Source of the DNA: Torpedo marmorata
Taxonomy: Eukaryota
Assembly: GCA_977017645.1 (NCBI GenBank)
Contig: OZ360223.1
Span: 19,716,001-19,780,000 of the forward strand
DNA: 64,000 nucleotides
Reading direction: 5' to 3'
Of this stretch, positions 14,401-29,550 are shown in pieces. A program made the position numbers and the translations under genes. A model generated the notes under the pieces. It ran no database searches. It had not been told where the DNA came from and saw only the letters and a list, made by a program, of their open reading frames with translations. Within the stretch, counting starts at the first letter, position 1. Each line of letters opens with the position of its first letter.

Positions 14401-17400
14401 TAGATACATCACACCTCCGTGTAAATACAGTACTCACGACCTCAGTATAGATGCAGTGCACACCACCTCAGTGCAGATAAAGTACTCCCCCCTCAGTATA
14501 GATACAGTACTCACCCCTCGGTATAGATACTGTACACACCCTCAGTGTAGATACAGTACACCTCTTTCAGTGTAGATAGAGTATTCCCCCTCAGTGTAGA
14601 TACAGTACACCCCTCAGTGTAGATACAGTAAACCCCCCTCAGTGTAGATTCAGTACACAAAGTCAGTGTAGGTGCAGTACACACCCCTCAGTGTACATAC
14701 AGTACTTCCCCTCAGTGTAGATACACTACACCCCTGTCAGTGTAGACACAGTAAACCCCTTCAGTGTAAATACAGTACACCTCCCTTCAGTATAGATACA
14801 GTACACATTCCTCAGGGTAAATACTGTACCCCCACAGAATAGAAAGAGTACACCCACATCAGTGTAGATACAGAACATCCCTCAGTGTAGATACACCCAC
14901 TTCAGGTTAGATGCTATACACCAGCCCTACGTGTAAATACAGTACACACTACCTCAGTGTAGATGCAGTGCACACCACCTCAGTGCAGATGGAGTACATC
15001 ACCCCTCAGTGTAGATACATCACACCTCCGTGTAAATACAGTACTCACGACCTCAGTATAGATGCAGTGCACACCACCTCAGTGCAGATAAAGTACTCCC
15101 CCCTCAGTATAGATACAGTACTCACCCCTCGGTATAGATACTGTACACACCCTCAGTGTAGATACAGTACACCTCTTTCAGTGTAGATAGAGTATTCCCC
15201 CTCAGTGTAGATACAGTACACCCCCTCAGTGTAGATACGGAACTCCCCCATCTGTGTAGATACAGTAAACCCCCCTCAGTGTAGATACTGTACACCCCCT
15301 AAGTGTAGATACAGTACATCCCACTCAGTGTAGATACAGTACCCCCCTTCAATGCAGATAAAGTTCAGTCCCCTCAGTGTAGATACAGTACACTCCCTCA
15401 GTGTAGATAAAGTTCAGTCCCCTCAGTGTAGATACAGTACACCCCCTCAGTGTAGATAAAGTTCAGTCCCCTCAGAGTAGATACAGACCACCTCCCTCAG
15501 TGTTAATACAATACACACCTCTCAGTGTACATACTGTACACCCACATCGGTGTAGAAACAGAACATCCCTCAGTGAAGATACACATACTTCATGTTAGAT
15601 GCAATACACCACCTCTCCGTGTAAATACAGTACACACGACCTCAGTGTAGATGTAGTGCACAACACCTCAGTGCAGATAGAGTACATCACCCCTCAGCGT
15701 AGATACATCACACCCTCTCATTGTAGATACAGTACAACCCGTCAGTGAAGACAAAGTACACCCCATCAGTGGAGATAAAGTACACCCCCACTCAGTGTAA
15801 ATACAATACACCCCACTGAGTGTATATACAGTACACCCCCCTCAGTGTAGATACAATACAACCTCCTCAGTGTAGATACAATACACTTGGCTCAGTGTAA
15901 ATACAATTAACCTCCTCAGTGTAGATACAGTACACCCCCTCAGTGTAAATACAATACACCCCCCTCAGTGTAGATACAATGCACCACCCTCAGTGCAGAT
16001 ACAATAGACCACCTCAGTGTAGATACAATACACGACTGCCCCATCAGTGTAGATACAATACAACCCCTCGGTGTAGATACAATACATCCCCCTCAGTGTA
16101 GATACGGTACACACCCCTCAGTGTAGATACAATACACCTCGCTAAGTGTAGATACAATACACACCCCTCAGTGTAGATACAATACACCCCCTCAGTGTGC
16201 ATACAATGAATTACCCCTCAATGTAGATACAGGACACCCCCTCAGTGTAGATACAATACACCTCCATCAGTGTAGATACAATACACCCCCATCAGTGTCG
16301 ATAAAATACACCTACCTCAGTGTGAATACAATGCACTCCCCCTCTTTGAAGGTACAGTAAAACCCATCAGTGTAGACACAATACCCCCCCCTCAGAGTGG
16401 ATAAAATGCACTCCCCCTCAGTGTAGATAGACGATACCCCCTTTGTGTAGATACAATACACCCCCCTCAGTGTAGATATAATACACCCACCTCAGAGTGG
16501 ATACAATGCACACCCACTCAGTGGAGATACAGTACACCCCCTCAGTGTAGATACAATACACACCCATCAGTGTAGATACAGTACACCCTCTCAGTGTAGA
16601 TACAGTAGAACACCCTCAGTGTACATACAGTACAAACCCTCAGTGTAGATACAGTCCACCCCCTAGGTGTAGATAAAGTACACCTCCCTCAGTGTGGATA
16701 CAATGAACCCCCCACAGTGTAGATACAATGCATCCCCTCAGTGTGGATAAAATGCACTCCCCCTCAGTGTAGATACAGTACACCCCACTCTTTGTAGAGA
16801 TAGTACACCCCGATCAGCGTCGAACTAATACACCCCCCTCAGTGTGGATACAATGCACTCCCCCTCAGTGTGGATACAATACATAACCTCAGTGCAGATA
16901 CAATACAACCCCTTCAGTGTAGATAGAGTACACACCCCTCAGTGTAGATAAAATACACCCCCCTCAGTGTAGATAGAGTACACCCCCTCACTCTGGATAC
17001 AATACACGCCCTCAGAGTAGATACACTAGTCACTCCTCAGTATAGATACAATACACACCCTCAGTGTAGATACAATAAACCTCGCTCAGTGCAGATACAA
17101 TACACCCCCCTCAGCGTGGATACAATAATCTCCCCCTCTGTGTAGATTCGGTACACCCCCTCAGTGTAAAGACAATACAACCCCGTCAGTGTGGATACAA
17201 TGCACTCGCTGTCAGTGTTGATAGAACACATCCCCTCAGGGTAGATACAATATACCCCGCTCAGTGTAGATACAATAAACCCCCCTCAGTGTGGATACAA
17301 TGCACTCCCCCTCAGTGTAGATACAGTAAATCCCCTCAGTGTAAATACAATACAACCCCTCAGTGTAGATACAGTACACCCCCTCAGTGTAAATACAATA

Positions 17401-20400
17401 CACCCTCCTCAGTGTAGATACAATACACCCACCTAAGTGTGGATACAATGCACACCCCCTCAGTGTAGATAAAGTACAACCCCTCAGTGCAGATACAATC
17501 CACTCCCCCTCAGTGTAGATACAATACACCCCCTCAGTGTAAATACAATATACCCTCCTCAGTGTAGGCACAATACACCCACCTCAGTGTGGATACAATG
17601 CACACCCCCTCAGTGTAGATACAGTACACCCACCTCAGTGTAGATACAATACACACCCATCAGTGTAGATACAGTACACCCCCTCAGTGTAGATACAGTA
17701 GAACACCCTCAGTGTAAATACAGTACAAACCCTCAGTGTAGATACAGTACACCCCCCTCAATGTGGATACAATGCACACCCCCTCAGTGTAGATAAAGTA
17801 CACCTTCCTCAGTGTGGATACAATGAACTCCCCCGCAGTGTAGATACAGTATACCCCCTCAGTGTGGATAAAATGCACTCCCCCATCAGTGTAGATACAA
17901 TGCACTCCCCCATCAGTGTAGATAAAGTACACCTCCCTCAGTGCGGATACAATGAACTCCCCCACAGTGTAGATACAATGCATCCCTCAGTGTGGATAAA
18001 ATGCACTCCCCCTCAGTGTAGACACAGTACACCAACCTATTTGTAGATTAAGTACACCCCCCCAGTGTGGATACAATGCACTCCCCCTCAGTGTGGATAC
18101 AATACACACCCTCAGTGCAGATACTATACACCCACCTCAGTGTAGACATAGTACACACCCCTCAGTGTAGATACAATACACCCCCCTCAGTGTAGATAGA
18201 GTACACACCCCTCAGTGTAGATAAAATACACCCCCTCAGTGTAGATATAGTACACCCCCTCACTCTGGATAAAATACACCCCCGCCGAGTAGATACAATA
18301 GACCCTCCTCAGTGAAGATACAATACACACCCTCAGTGTAGATACAATACACTTCGCTCAGTGTAAATACAATAAACCTCCTCAGTGTAGATACAGTACA
18401 CCCCCCAGTGTAAATACAATACACCCCCCTCAGTGTAGATACAATAGACCACCCTCAGTGTAGATACAATACACGACTCCACCATCAGTGTAGAAACAAT
18501 ACAACCCCTCGGTGTAGATACAATAGATCCCCCTCAGTGTAGATACAGTACACCCCCCTCAGTGTAGATACAATACACTTAGCTAAGTGTAGATACAATA
18601 CACACCCCTCAGATTAGATACAATACACACCCCTCAGTTTAGATACAATACCCCCCTCAGTCTCGATACAACACACCCCCTCAGTGTGCATACAATGAAT
18701 TCCCCCTCAATGTAGATAAAGGACACCCCCTCAGTGTAGATAAAATACACCTCCATTAGTGTAGATACAATACACCCCCATCAGTGTCGATAAAATGCAT
18801 TCCTCCTCAGTGTAGATAGACGATACCCCCTTTGTGTAGATACAATACATCCCCCTCAGTGTCGATACAATACACCCTCCTCAGTGTGGATACAATGCAC
18901 ACCCATCAGTGTAGATACAGTACACCCCCTCAGTGTAGATACAGTAAACCACCCTCAGTGTACATACAGTACAAACCCTCAGTGTAGATACAGTGCACCC
19001 CCTCAGTGTAGATACAGTAGACCACCCTCAGTGTACATACAGTACAAACCCTCAGTGTAGATACAGCACACCCCCTCAGTGTGGATACAATGCACACCCC
19101 CTCAGTGTAGATAAAGTACACCTCCCTCAGTGTGTATACAATGAACTCCGCCACAGTGTGGATACAGTACACCCCCTCAGTGTGGATACAATGAACTCCC
19201 CCACAGCGTGGATACAGTACACCCCCTCAGTGTAGATAAAGTACACCTCCCTCAGTGTGGATACAATGAACACCCCCCGACAGTGTAGATACAATGCATC
19301 CCCTCAGTGTGGATAAAATGCACTCCCCCACAGTGTAGATACTGTACACCCCCTAGGTGTAGATACAGTACATCCCTTCAGTGAAGATACAGTACATCCC
19401 ACTCACTGTAGATACAGTACCCCCCTTGAGTGTAGATAAAGTTCAGTCCCCTCAGTGTAGATACAGTAAACCCCCTCAGTGTAGATAAAGTTCAGTCCCC
19501 TCAGTGTAGAAACAGTACACCCCCTCAGTGTAGATAAAGTTCAGTCCCCTCAGTGTAGAAACAGTACACCCCCTCAGTGCAGATAAAGTTCAGTCCCCTC
19601 AGAGTAGATACAGTCCACACCCCTCAGTGTTAATACAATAAACCCCTCTCAGTGTACATACTGTACACCCACATCGGTGTAGAAACAGAACATCCCTCAG
19701 TGAAGATACACCTACTTCATGTTAGATGCAATACACCACCTCTCCGTGTAAATACAGTACACACTACCTAAGTGTAGATGTAGTGCACAACACCTCAGTG
19801 CAGATAGAGTACATCACCCCTCAGCGTAGATACATCACACCCTCTCATTGTAGATACAGTACAACCCGTCAGTGAAGACAAAGTACACCCCATCAGTGTA
19901 AATACAATACACCCCACTGAGAGTAAATACAATACACCCCCCTCAGTGTAGATACAATACAACCTCCTCAGTGTAGATACAATACACTTCGCTCAGTGTA
20001 AATACAATAAACCTCCTCAGTGTAGATACAGTACACCCCCTCAGTGTAAATACAATACACCCCCCTCAGTGTAGATACAATGCACCCCCCTCAGTGTAGA
20101 TACAATACACCACCTCAGTGTAGATACAATACACGACTGCCCCATCAGTGTAGATACAATACAACACCTCGGTGTAGATACAATACATCCCCCTCAGTGT
20201 AGATACAGTACACCCCCCTCAGTGTAGATACAATACACCTCGCTAAGTGTAGATACAATACACACCCCTCAGTGTAGATACAATACCCCCCTCAGTCTCG
20301 ATACAATACACCCCCTCAGTGTGCATACAATGAATTCCCCCTCAATGTAGATACAGGACACCCCCTCAGTGTAGATACAATACCCCCTCAGTCTCGATAC

Positions 20401-20721
20401 AATACAACCCCTCAGTGTGCATACAATGAATTCCCCCTCAATGTAGATACAGGACACCCCCTCAGTGTAGATACAATACACCCCCCATCAGTGTCGATAA
20501 AATACACCTACCTCAGTGTGAATACAATGCACTCCCCCTCAGTGAAGGTACAGTAAAACCCATCAGTGTAGACACAATAACCCCCCCCTCAGAGTGGATA
20601 AAATGCACTCCCTCTCAGTGTAGATAGACGATACCCCCTTTGTGTAGATACAATACACCCCCCTCAGTGTAGATATAATACACCCACCTCAGTGTGGATA
20701 CAATGCACACCCACTCAGTGT
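1180..20721 (+). repeat. 9,771-bp tandem duplication (copy 1 ~1180-10950, copy 2 ~10951-20721)
   Basis: Identical or near-identical ORF-track peptides recur at exactly +9771 (1296/11067, 2138/11909, 4529/14300, 5140/14911, 7465/17236, 9159/18930, 10498/20269). The junction is at agataaagtactcccccctcagtatag (1180 vs 10951). Confidence 0.95.
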
Positions 20722-23700
20722 AGATACAGTACACACCCTCAGTGCAGATGCAATGCACACCCCCTCAGTGGAGATACAGTACACCTCCCACAGTGTAGAT
20801 ACAATACACACCCATCAGTGTAGATACAGTACACCCCCTCAGTGTAGATACAGAAGACCACCCTCAGTGTACATACAGTACAAACCCTCAGTGTAGATAC
20901 AGTCCACCGCCTCAGTGTAGATAAAGTACACCTCCCTCAGTGTGGATACAATAAACCCCCCACAGTGTAGATACAATGCATCCCCTCAGTGTGGATAAAA
21001 TGCACTCCCCCTCAGTGTAGATACAGTACACCCCCCTCTTTGTAGATATAGTACACTCCCCTCTTTGTAGATATAGTACACATCGCTCAGCGTCGAACTA
21101 ATACACCCCCCTCAGTGTGGATACAATGCACTCCCCCTCAGTGCGGATACAATACACACCCTCAGTGCAGATACAATACAACCCCGTCAGTGTAGATAGA
21201 GTACACACCCCTCAGTGCATATACAATACACCCCCCTCAGTGTAGATACAATACACCCCCCTCAGTGTAGATAGAGTACACCCCCTCACTCTGGATACAA
21301 TACACGCCCTCAGAGTAGATACACTAGTCCCTCCTCAGTATAGATACAATACACACCCTCAGTGTAGATACAATAAACCTCGCTCAGTGCAGATACAATA
21401 CACCCCCCTCAGCGTGGATACAATAATCTCCCCCTCTGTGTAGATTCGGTACACCCCCTCAGTGTAAAGACAATACAACCCCGTCAGTGTGGATACAATG
21501 CACTCGCTGTCAGTGTTGATAGAACACATCCCCTCAGGGTAGATACAATATACCCCGCTCAGTGTAGATACAATAAACCCCCCTCAGTGTGGATACAATG
21601 CACTCCCCTTCAGTGTAGATACAGTAAATCCCCTCAGTGTAAATACAATACAACCCCTCAGTGTAGATACAGTACACCCCCTCAGTGTAAATACAATACA
21701 CCCTCCTCAGTGTAGATACAATACACCCACCTAAGTGTGGATACAATGCACACCCCCTCAGTGTAGATAAAGTACACCCCCTCAGTGCAGATACAATCCA
21801 CTCCCCCTCAGTGTAGATACAATACACCCCCTCAGTGTAAATACAATATACCCTCCTCAGTGTAGGCACAATACACCCACCTCAGTGTGGATACAATGCA
21901 CACCCCCTCAGTGTAGATACAGTACACCCACCTCAGTGTAGATACAATACATACCCATCAGTGTAGATACAGTACACCCGCTCAGTGTAGATACAGTAGA
22001 ACATCCTCAGTGTAAATACAGTACAAACCCTCAGTGTAGATACAGTACACCCCCCTCAATGTGGATACAATGCACACCCCCTCAGTGTAGATAAAGTACA
22101 CCTTCCTCAGTGTGGATACAATGAACTCCCCCACAGTGTAGATACAGTATACCCCCTCAGTGTGGATAAAATGCACTCCCCCATCAGTGTAGATACAATG
22201 CACTCCCCCATCAGTGTAGATAAAGTACACCTCCCTCAGTGCGGCTACAATGAACTCCCCCACAGTGTAGATACAATGCATCCCTCAGTGTGGATAAAAT
22301 GCACACCCCCTCAGTGTAGACACAGTACACCAACCTATTTGTAGATTAAGTACACCCCCCCAGTGTGGATACAATGCACTCCCCCTCAGTGTGGATACAA
22401 TACAAACCCTCAGTGTAGATACAGCACACCCCCTCAGTGTGGATACAATGCACACCCCCTCAGTGTAGATAAAGTACACCTCCCTCAGTGTGGATACAAT
22501 GAACTCCCCCACAGTGTGGATACAGTACACCCCCTCAGTGTGGATACAATGAACTCCCCCACAGTGTGGATACAGTACACCCCCTCAGTGTAGATAAAGT
22601 ACACCTCCCTCAGTGTGGATACAATGAACACCCCCCGACAGTGTAGATACAATGCATCCCCTCAGTGTGGATAAAATGCACTCCCCCACAGTGTAGATAC
22701 TGTACACCCCCTAGGTGTAGATACAGTACATCCCTTCAGTGAAGATACAGTACATCCCACTCACTGTAGATACAGTACCCCCCTTGAGTGCAGATAAAGT
22801 TCAGTCCCCTCAGTGTAGATACAGTACACCCCCTCAGTGTAGATAAAGTTCAGTCCCCTCAGTGTAGAAACAGTACACTCCCTCAGTGTAGATAAAGTTC
22901 AGTCCCCTCAGTGTAGAAACAGTACACCCCCTCAGTGTAGATAAAGTTCAGTCCCCTCAGTGTAGAAACAGTACACCCCCTCAGTGCAGATAAAGTTCAG
23001 TCCCCTCAGAGTAGATACAGTCCACACCCCTCAGTGTTAATACAATAAACCCCTCTCAGTGTACATACTGTACACCCACATCGGTGTAGAAACAGAACAT
23101 CCCTCAGTGAAGATACACCTACTTCATGTTAGATGCAATACACCACCTCTCCGTGTAAATACAGTACACACTACCTAAGTGTAGATGTAGTGCACAACAC
23201 CTCAGTGCAGATAGAGTACATCACCCCTCAGCGTAGATACATCACACCCTCTCATTGTAGATACAGTACAACCCGTCAGTGAAGACAAAGTACACCCCAT
23301 CAGTGTAAATACAATACACCCCACTGAGAGTAAATACAATACACCCCCCTCAGTGTAGATACAATACAACCTCCTCAGTGTAGATACAATACACATCGCT
23401 CAGTGTAAATACAATAAACCTCCTCAGTGTAGATACAGTACACCCCCTCAGTGTAAATACAATACACCCCCCTCAGTGTAGATACAATGCACCCCCCTCA
23501 GTGTAGATACAATACACCACCTCAGTGTAGATACAATACACGACTGCCCCATCAGTGTAGATACAATACAACACCTCGGTGTAGATACAATACATCCCCC
23601 TCAGTGTAGATACAGTACACCCCCCTCAGTGTAGATACAATACACCTCGCTAAGTGTAGATACAATACACACCCCTCAGTGTAGATACAATACCCCCCTC

Positions 23701-26700
23701 AGTCTCGATACAATACACCCCCTCAGTGTGCATACAATGAATTCCCCCTCAATGTAGATACAGGACACCGCCTCAGTGTAGATACAATACCCCCTCAGTC
23801 TCGATACAATACAACCCCTCAGTGTGCATACAATGAATTCCCCCTCAATGTAGATACAGGACACCCCCTCAGTGTAGATACAATACACCCCCATCAGTGT
23901 CGATAAAATACACCTACCTCAGTGTGAATACAATGCACTCCCCCTCAGTGAAGGTACAGTAAAACCCATCAGTGTAGACACAATAACCCCCCCCTCAGTG
24001 TGGATAAAATGCACTCCCTCTCAGTGTAGATAGACGATACCCCCTTTGTGTAGATACAATACACCCCCCTCAGTGTAGATATAATACACCCACCTCAGTG
24101 TGGATACAATGCACACCCACTCAGTGTAGATACAGTACACACCCTCAGTGCAGATGCAATGCACACCCCCTCAGTGGAGATACAGTACACCTCCCACAGT
24201 GTAGATACAATACACACCCATCAGTGTAGATACAGTACACCCCCTCAGTGTAGATACAGAAGACCACCCTCAGTGTACATACAGTACAAACCCTCAGAGT
24301 AGATACAGTTCACCGCCTCAGTGTAGATAAAGTACACCTCCCTCAGTGTGGATACAATAAACCCCCCACAGTGTAGATACAATGCATCCCCTCAGTATGG
24401 ATAAAATGCACTCCCCCTCAGTGTAGATACAGTACACCCCCCCTCTTTGTAGATATAGTACACTCCCCTCTTTGTAGATATAGTACACATCGCTCAGCGT
24501 CGAACTAATACACCCCCCTCAGTGTGGATGCAATGCACTCCCCCTCAGTGCGGATACAATACACACCCTCAGTGCAGATACAATACAACCCCGTCAGTGT
24601 AGATAGAGTACACACCCCTCAGTGCATATACAATACACCCCCCTCAGTGTAGATACAATACACCCCCCTCAGTGTAGATAGAGTACACCCCCTCACTCTG
24701 GATACAATACACGCCCTCAGAGTAGATACACTAGTCCCTCCTCAGTATAGATACAATACACACCCTCAGTGTAGATACAATAAACCTCGCTCAGTGCAGA
24801 TACAATACACCCCCCTCAGCGTGGATACAATAATCTCCCCCTCTGTGTAGATTCGGTACACCCCCTCAGTGTAAAGACAATACAACCCCGTCAGTGTGGA
24901 TACAATGCACTCGCTGTCAGTGTTGATAGAACACATCCCCTCAGGGTAGATACAATATACCCCGCTCAGTGTAGATACAATAAACCCCCCTCAGCGTGGA
25001 TACAATGCACTCCCCCTCAGTGTAGATACAGTAAATCCCCTCAGTGTAAATACAATACAACCCCTCAGTGTAGATACAGTACACCCCCTCAGTGTAAATA
25101 CAATACACCCTCCTCAGTGTAGATACAATACACCCACCTAAGTGTGGATACAATGCACACCCCCTCAGTGTAGATAAAGTACACCCCCTCAGTGCAGATA
25201 CAATCCACTCCCCCTCAGTGTAGATACAATACACCCACTCAGTGTAAATACAATATACCCTCCTCAGTGTAGGCACAATACACCCACCACAGTGTGGATA
25301 CAATGCACACCCCCTCAGTGTAGATACAGTACACCCACCTCAGTGTAGATACAATACACACCCATCAGTGTAGATACAGTACACCCCCTCAGTGTAGATA
25401 CAGTAGAACACCCTCAGTGTAAATACAGTACAAACCCTCAGTGTAGATACAGTACACCCCCCTCAATGTGGATACAATGCACACCCCCTCAGTGTAGATA
25501 AAGTACACCTTCCTCAGTGTGGATACAATGAACTCCACCACAGTGTAGATACAGTATACCCCCTCAGTGTGGATAAAATGCACTCCCCCATCAGTGTAGA
25601 TACAATGCACTCCCCCATCAGTGTAGATAAAGTACACCTCCCTCAGTGCGGCTACAATGAACTCCCCCACAGTGTAGATACAATGCATCCCTCAGTGTGG
25701 ATAAAATGCACTCCCCCTCAGTGTAGACACAGTACACCAACCTATTTGTAGATTAAGTACACCCCCCCAGTGTGGATACAATGCACTCCCCCTCAGTGTG
25801 GATACAATACACACCCTCAGTGCAGATACTATACACCCACCTCAGTGTAGACATAGTACACACCCCTCAGTGTAGATACAATACACCCCCCTCAGTGTAG
25901 ATAGAGTACACACCCCTCAGTGTAGATAAAATACACCCCCTCAGTGTAGATATAGTACACCCCCTCACTCTGGATAAAATACACCCCCGCCGAGTAGATA
26001 CAATAGACCCTCCTCAGTGAAGATACAATACACACCCTCAGTGTAGATACAATACACTTCGCTCAGTGTAAATACAATAAACCTCCTCAGTGTAGATACA
26101 GTACACCCCCCAGTGTAAATACAATACACCCCCCTCAGTGTAGATACAATAGACCACCCTCAGTGTAGATACAATACACAACTCCACCATCAGTGTAGAA
26201 ACAATACAACCCCTCGGTGTAGATACAATAGATCCCCCTCAGTGTAGATACAGTACACCCCCCTCAGTGTAGATACAATACACTTAGCTAAGTGTAGATA
26301 CAATACACACCCCTCAGTTTAGATACAATACACACCCCTCAGTTTAGATACAATACCCCCCTCAGTCTCGATACAACACACCCCCTCAGTGTGCATACAA
26401 TGAATTCCCCCTCAATGTAGATAAAGGACACCCCCTCAGTGTAGATAAAATACACCTCCATTAGTGTAGATACAATACACCCCCATCAGTGTCGATAAAA
26501 TACCCCAACTCAGTGTGAATACAATGCACCCCCCCTCAGTGAAGGTACAGTATAACCCATCAGTGTAGATACAATACACCCCCCTCAGAGTGGATAAAAT
26601 GCATTCCTCCTCAGTGTAGATAGACGATACCCCCTTTGTGTAGATACAATACATCCCCCTCAGTGTCGATACAATACACCCTCCTCAGTGTGGATACAAT

Positions 26701-29550
26701 GCACACCCATCAGTGTAGATACAGTACACCCCCTCAGTGTAGATACAGTAAACCACCCTCAGTGTACATACAGTACAAACCCTCAGTGTAGATACAGCAC
26801 ACCCCCTCAGTGTGGATACAATGCACACCCCCTCAGTGTAGATAAAGTACACCTCCCTCAGTGTGGATACAATGAACACCCCCCGACAGTGTAGATACAA
26901 TGCATCCCCTCAGTGTGGATAAAATGCACTCCCCCACAGTGTAGATACTGTACACCCCCTAGGTGTAGATACAGTACATCCCTTCAGTGAAGATACAGTA
27001 CATCCCACTCACTGTAGATACTGTACCCCCCTTGAGTGCAGATAAAGTTCAGTCCCCTCAGTGTAGATACAGTACACCCCCTCAGTGTAGATAAAGTTCA
27101 GTCCCCTCAGTGTAGAAACAGTACACCCCCTCAGTGTAGATAAAGTTCAGTCCCCTCAGTGTAGAAACAGTACACCCCCTCAGTGCAGATAAAGTTCAGT
27201 CCCCTCAGAGTAGATACAGTCCACACCCCTCAGTGTTAATACAATAAACCCCTCTCAGTGTACATACTGTACACCCACATCGGTGTAGAAACAGAACATC
27301 CCTCAGTGAAGATACACCTACTTCATGTTAGATGCAATACACCACCTCTCCGTGTAAATACAGTACACACTACCTAAGTGTAGATGTAGTGCACAACACC
27401 TCAGTGCAGATAGAGTACATCACCCCTCAGCGTAGATACATCACACCCTCTCATTGTAGATACAGTACAACCCGTCAGTGAAGACAAAGTACACCCCATC
27501 AGTGTAAATACAATACACCCCACTGAGAGTAAATACAATACACCCCCCTCAGTGTAGATACAATACAACCTCCTCAGTGTAGATACAATACACTTCGCTC
27601 AGTGTAAATACAATAAACCTCCTCAGTGTAGATACAGTACACCCCCTCAGTGTAAATACAATACACCCCCCTCAGTGTAGATACAATGCACCCCCCTCAG
27701 TGTAGATACAATACACCACCTCAGTGTAGATACAATACACGACTGCCCCATCAGTGTAGATACAATACAACACCTCGGTGTAGATACAATACATCCCCCT
27801 CAGTGTAGATACAGTACACCCCCCTCAGTGTAGATACAATACACCTCGCTAAGTGTAGATACAATACACACCCCTCAGTGTAGATACAATACCCCCTCAG
27901 TCTCGATACAATACACCCCCTCAGTGTGCATACAATGAATTCCCCCTCAATGTAGATACAGGACACCCCCTCAGTGTAGATACAATACCCCCTCAGTCTC
28001 GATACAATACAACCCCTCAGTGTGCATACAATGAATTCCCCCTCAATGTAGATACAGGACACCCCCTCAGTGTAGATACAATACACCCCCATCAGTGTCG
28101 ATAAAATACACCTACCTCAGTGTGAATACAATGCACTCCCCCTCAGTGAAGGTACAGTAAAACCCATCAGTGTAGACACAATAACCCCCCCCTCAGAGTG
28201 GATAAAATGCACTCCCTCTCAGTGTAGATAGACGATACCCCCTTTGTGTAGATACAATACACCCCCCTCAGTGTAGATATAATACACCCACCTCAGTGTG
28301 GATACAATGCACACCCACTCAGTGTAGATACAGTACACACCCTCAGTGCAGATACAATGCACTCCCCCTCAGTGGAGATACAGTACACCTCCCACAGTGT
28401 AGATACAATACACACCCATCAGTGTAGATACAGTACACCCCCTCAGTGTAGATACAGAAGACCACCCTCAGTGTACATACAGTACAAACCCTCAGTGTAG
28501 ATACAGTCCACCGCCTCAGTGTAGATAAAGTACACCTCCCTCAGTGTGGATACAATAAACCCCCCACAGTGTAGATACAATGCATCCCCTCAGTGTGGAT
28601 AAAATGCACTCCCCCTCAGTGTAGATACAGTACACCCCCCTCTTTGTAGATATAGTACACTCCCCTCTTTGTAGATATAGTACACATCGCTCAGCGTCGA
28701 ACTAATACACCCCCCTCAGTGTGGATACAATGCACTCCCCCTCAGTGCGGATACAATACACACCCTCAGTGCAGATACAATACAACACCGTCAGTGTAGA
28801 TAGAGTACACACCCCTCAGTGCATATACAATACACCCCCCTCAGTGTAGATACAATACACCCCCCTCAGTGTAGATAGAGTACACCCCCTCACTCTGGAT
28901 ACAATACACGCCCTCAGAGTAGATACAGTAGTCCCTCCTCAGTGTAGATACAATACACAACCTTAGTGTAGATACAATAAACCTCGCTCAGTGCAGATAC
29001 AATACACTCCCCTCAGCGTGGATACAATATTCTCCCCCTCTGTGTAGATTCAGTGCACCCCCTCAGTGTAAAGACAATACAACCCCGTCAGTGTGGATAC
29101 AATGCACTCGCTGTCAGTGTTGATAGAACACATCCCCTCAGGGTAGATACAATATACCCCGCTCAGTATAGATACAATAAACCCCCCTCAGTGTGGATAC
29201 AATGCACTCCACCTCAGTGTAGATACAGTAAATCCCCTCAGTGTAAATACAATACAACCCCTCAGTGTAGATACAGTACACCCCCTCAGTGCAGATACAA
29301 TGCACTCACCCTCAGTGGAGATACAGTACACCCCACTCAGTTTAGATACAATACACACCCATCAGTGTAGATACAATGCATCCCTCAGTGTAGATACAAT
29401 GCACTCCCCCATCAGTGTAGATAAAGTACACCTCCCTCAGTGCGGATACAATGAACTCCCCCACAGTGTAGATACAATGCATCCCTCAGTGTGGATAAAA
29501 TGCACTCCCCCTCAGTGTAGACACAGTACACCAACCTATTTGTAAATAAA
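15300..29550 (+). repeat. Type-B higher-order repeat: ~4.2-kb units plus one 3.4-kb deletion variant
   Basis: The marker gaaggtacagtaaaaccc occurs at 6577, 10773, 16348, 20544, 23950 and 28148. Spacings within type-B blocks are 4196, 4196, 3406 and 4198. Boundaries are approximate. Confidence 0.85.
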
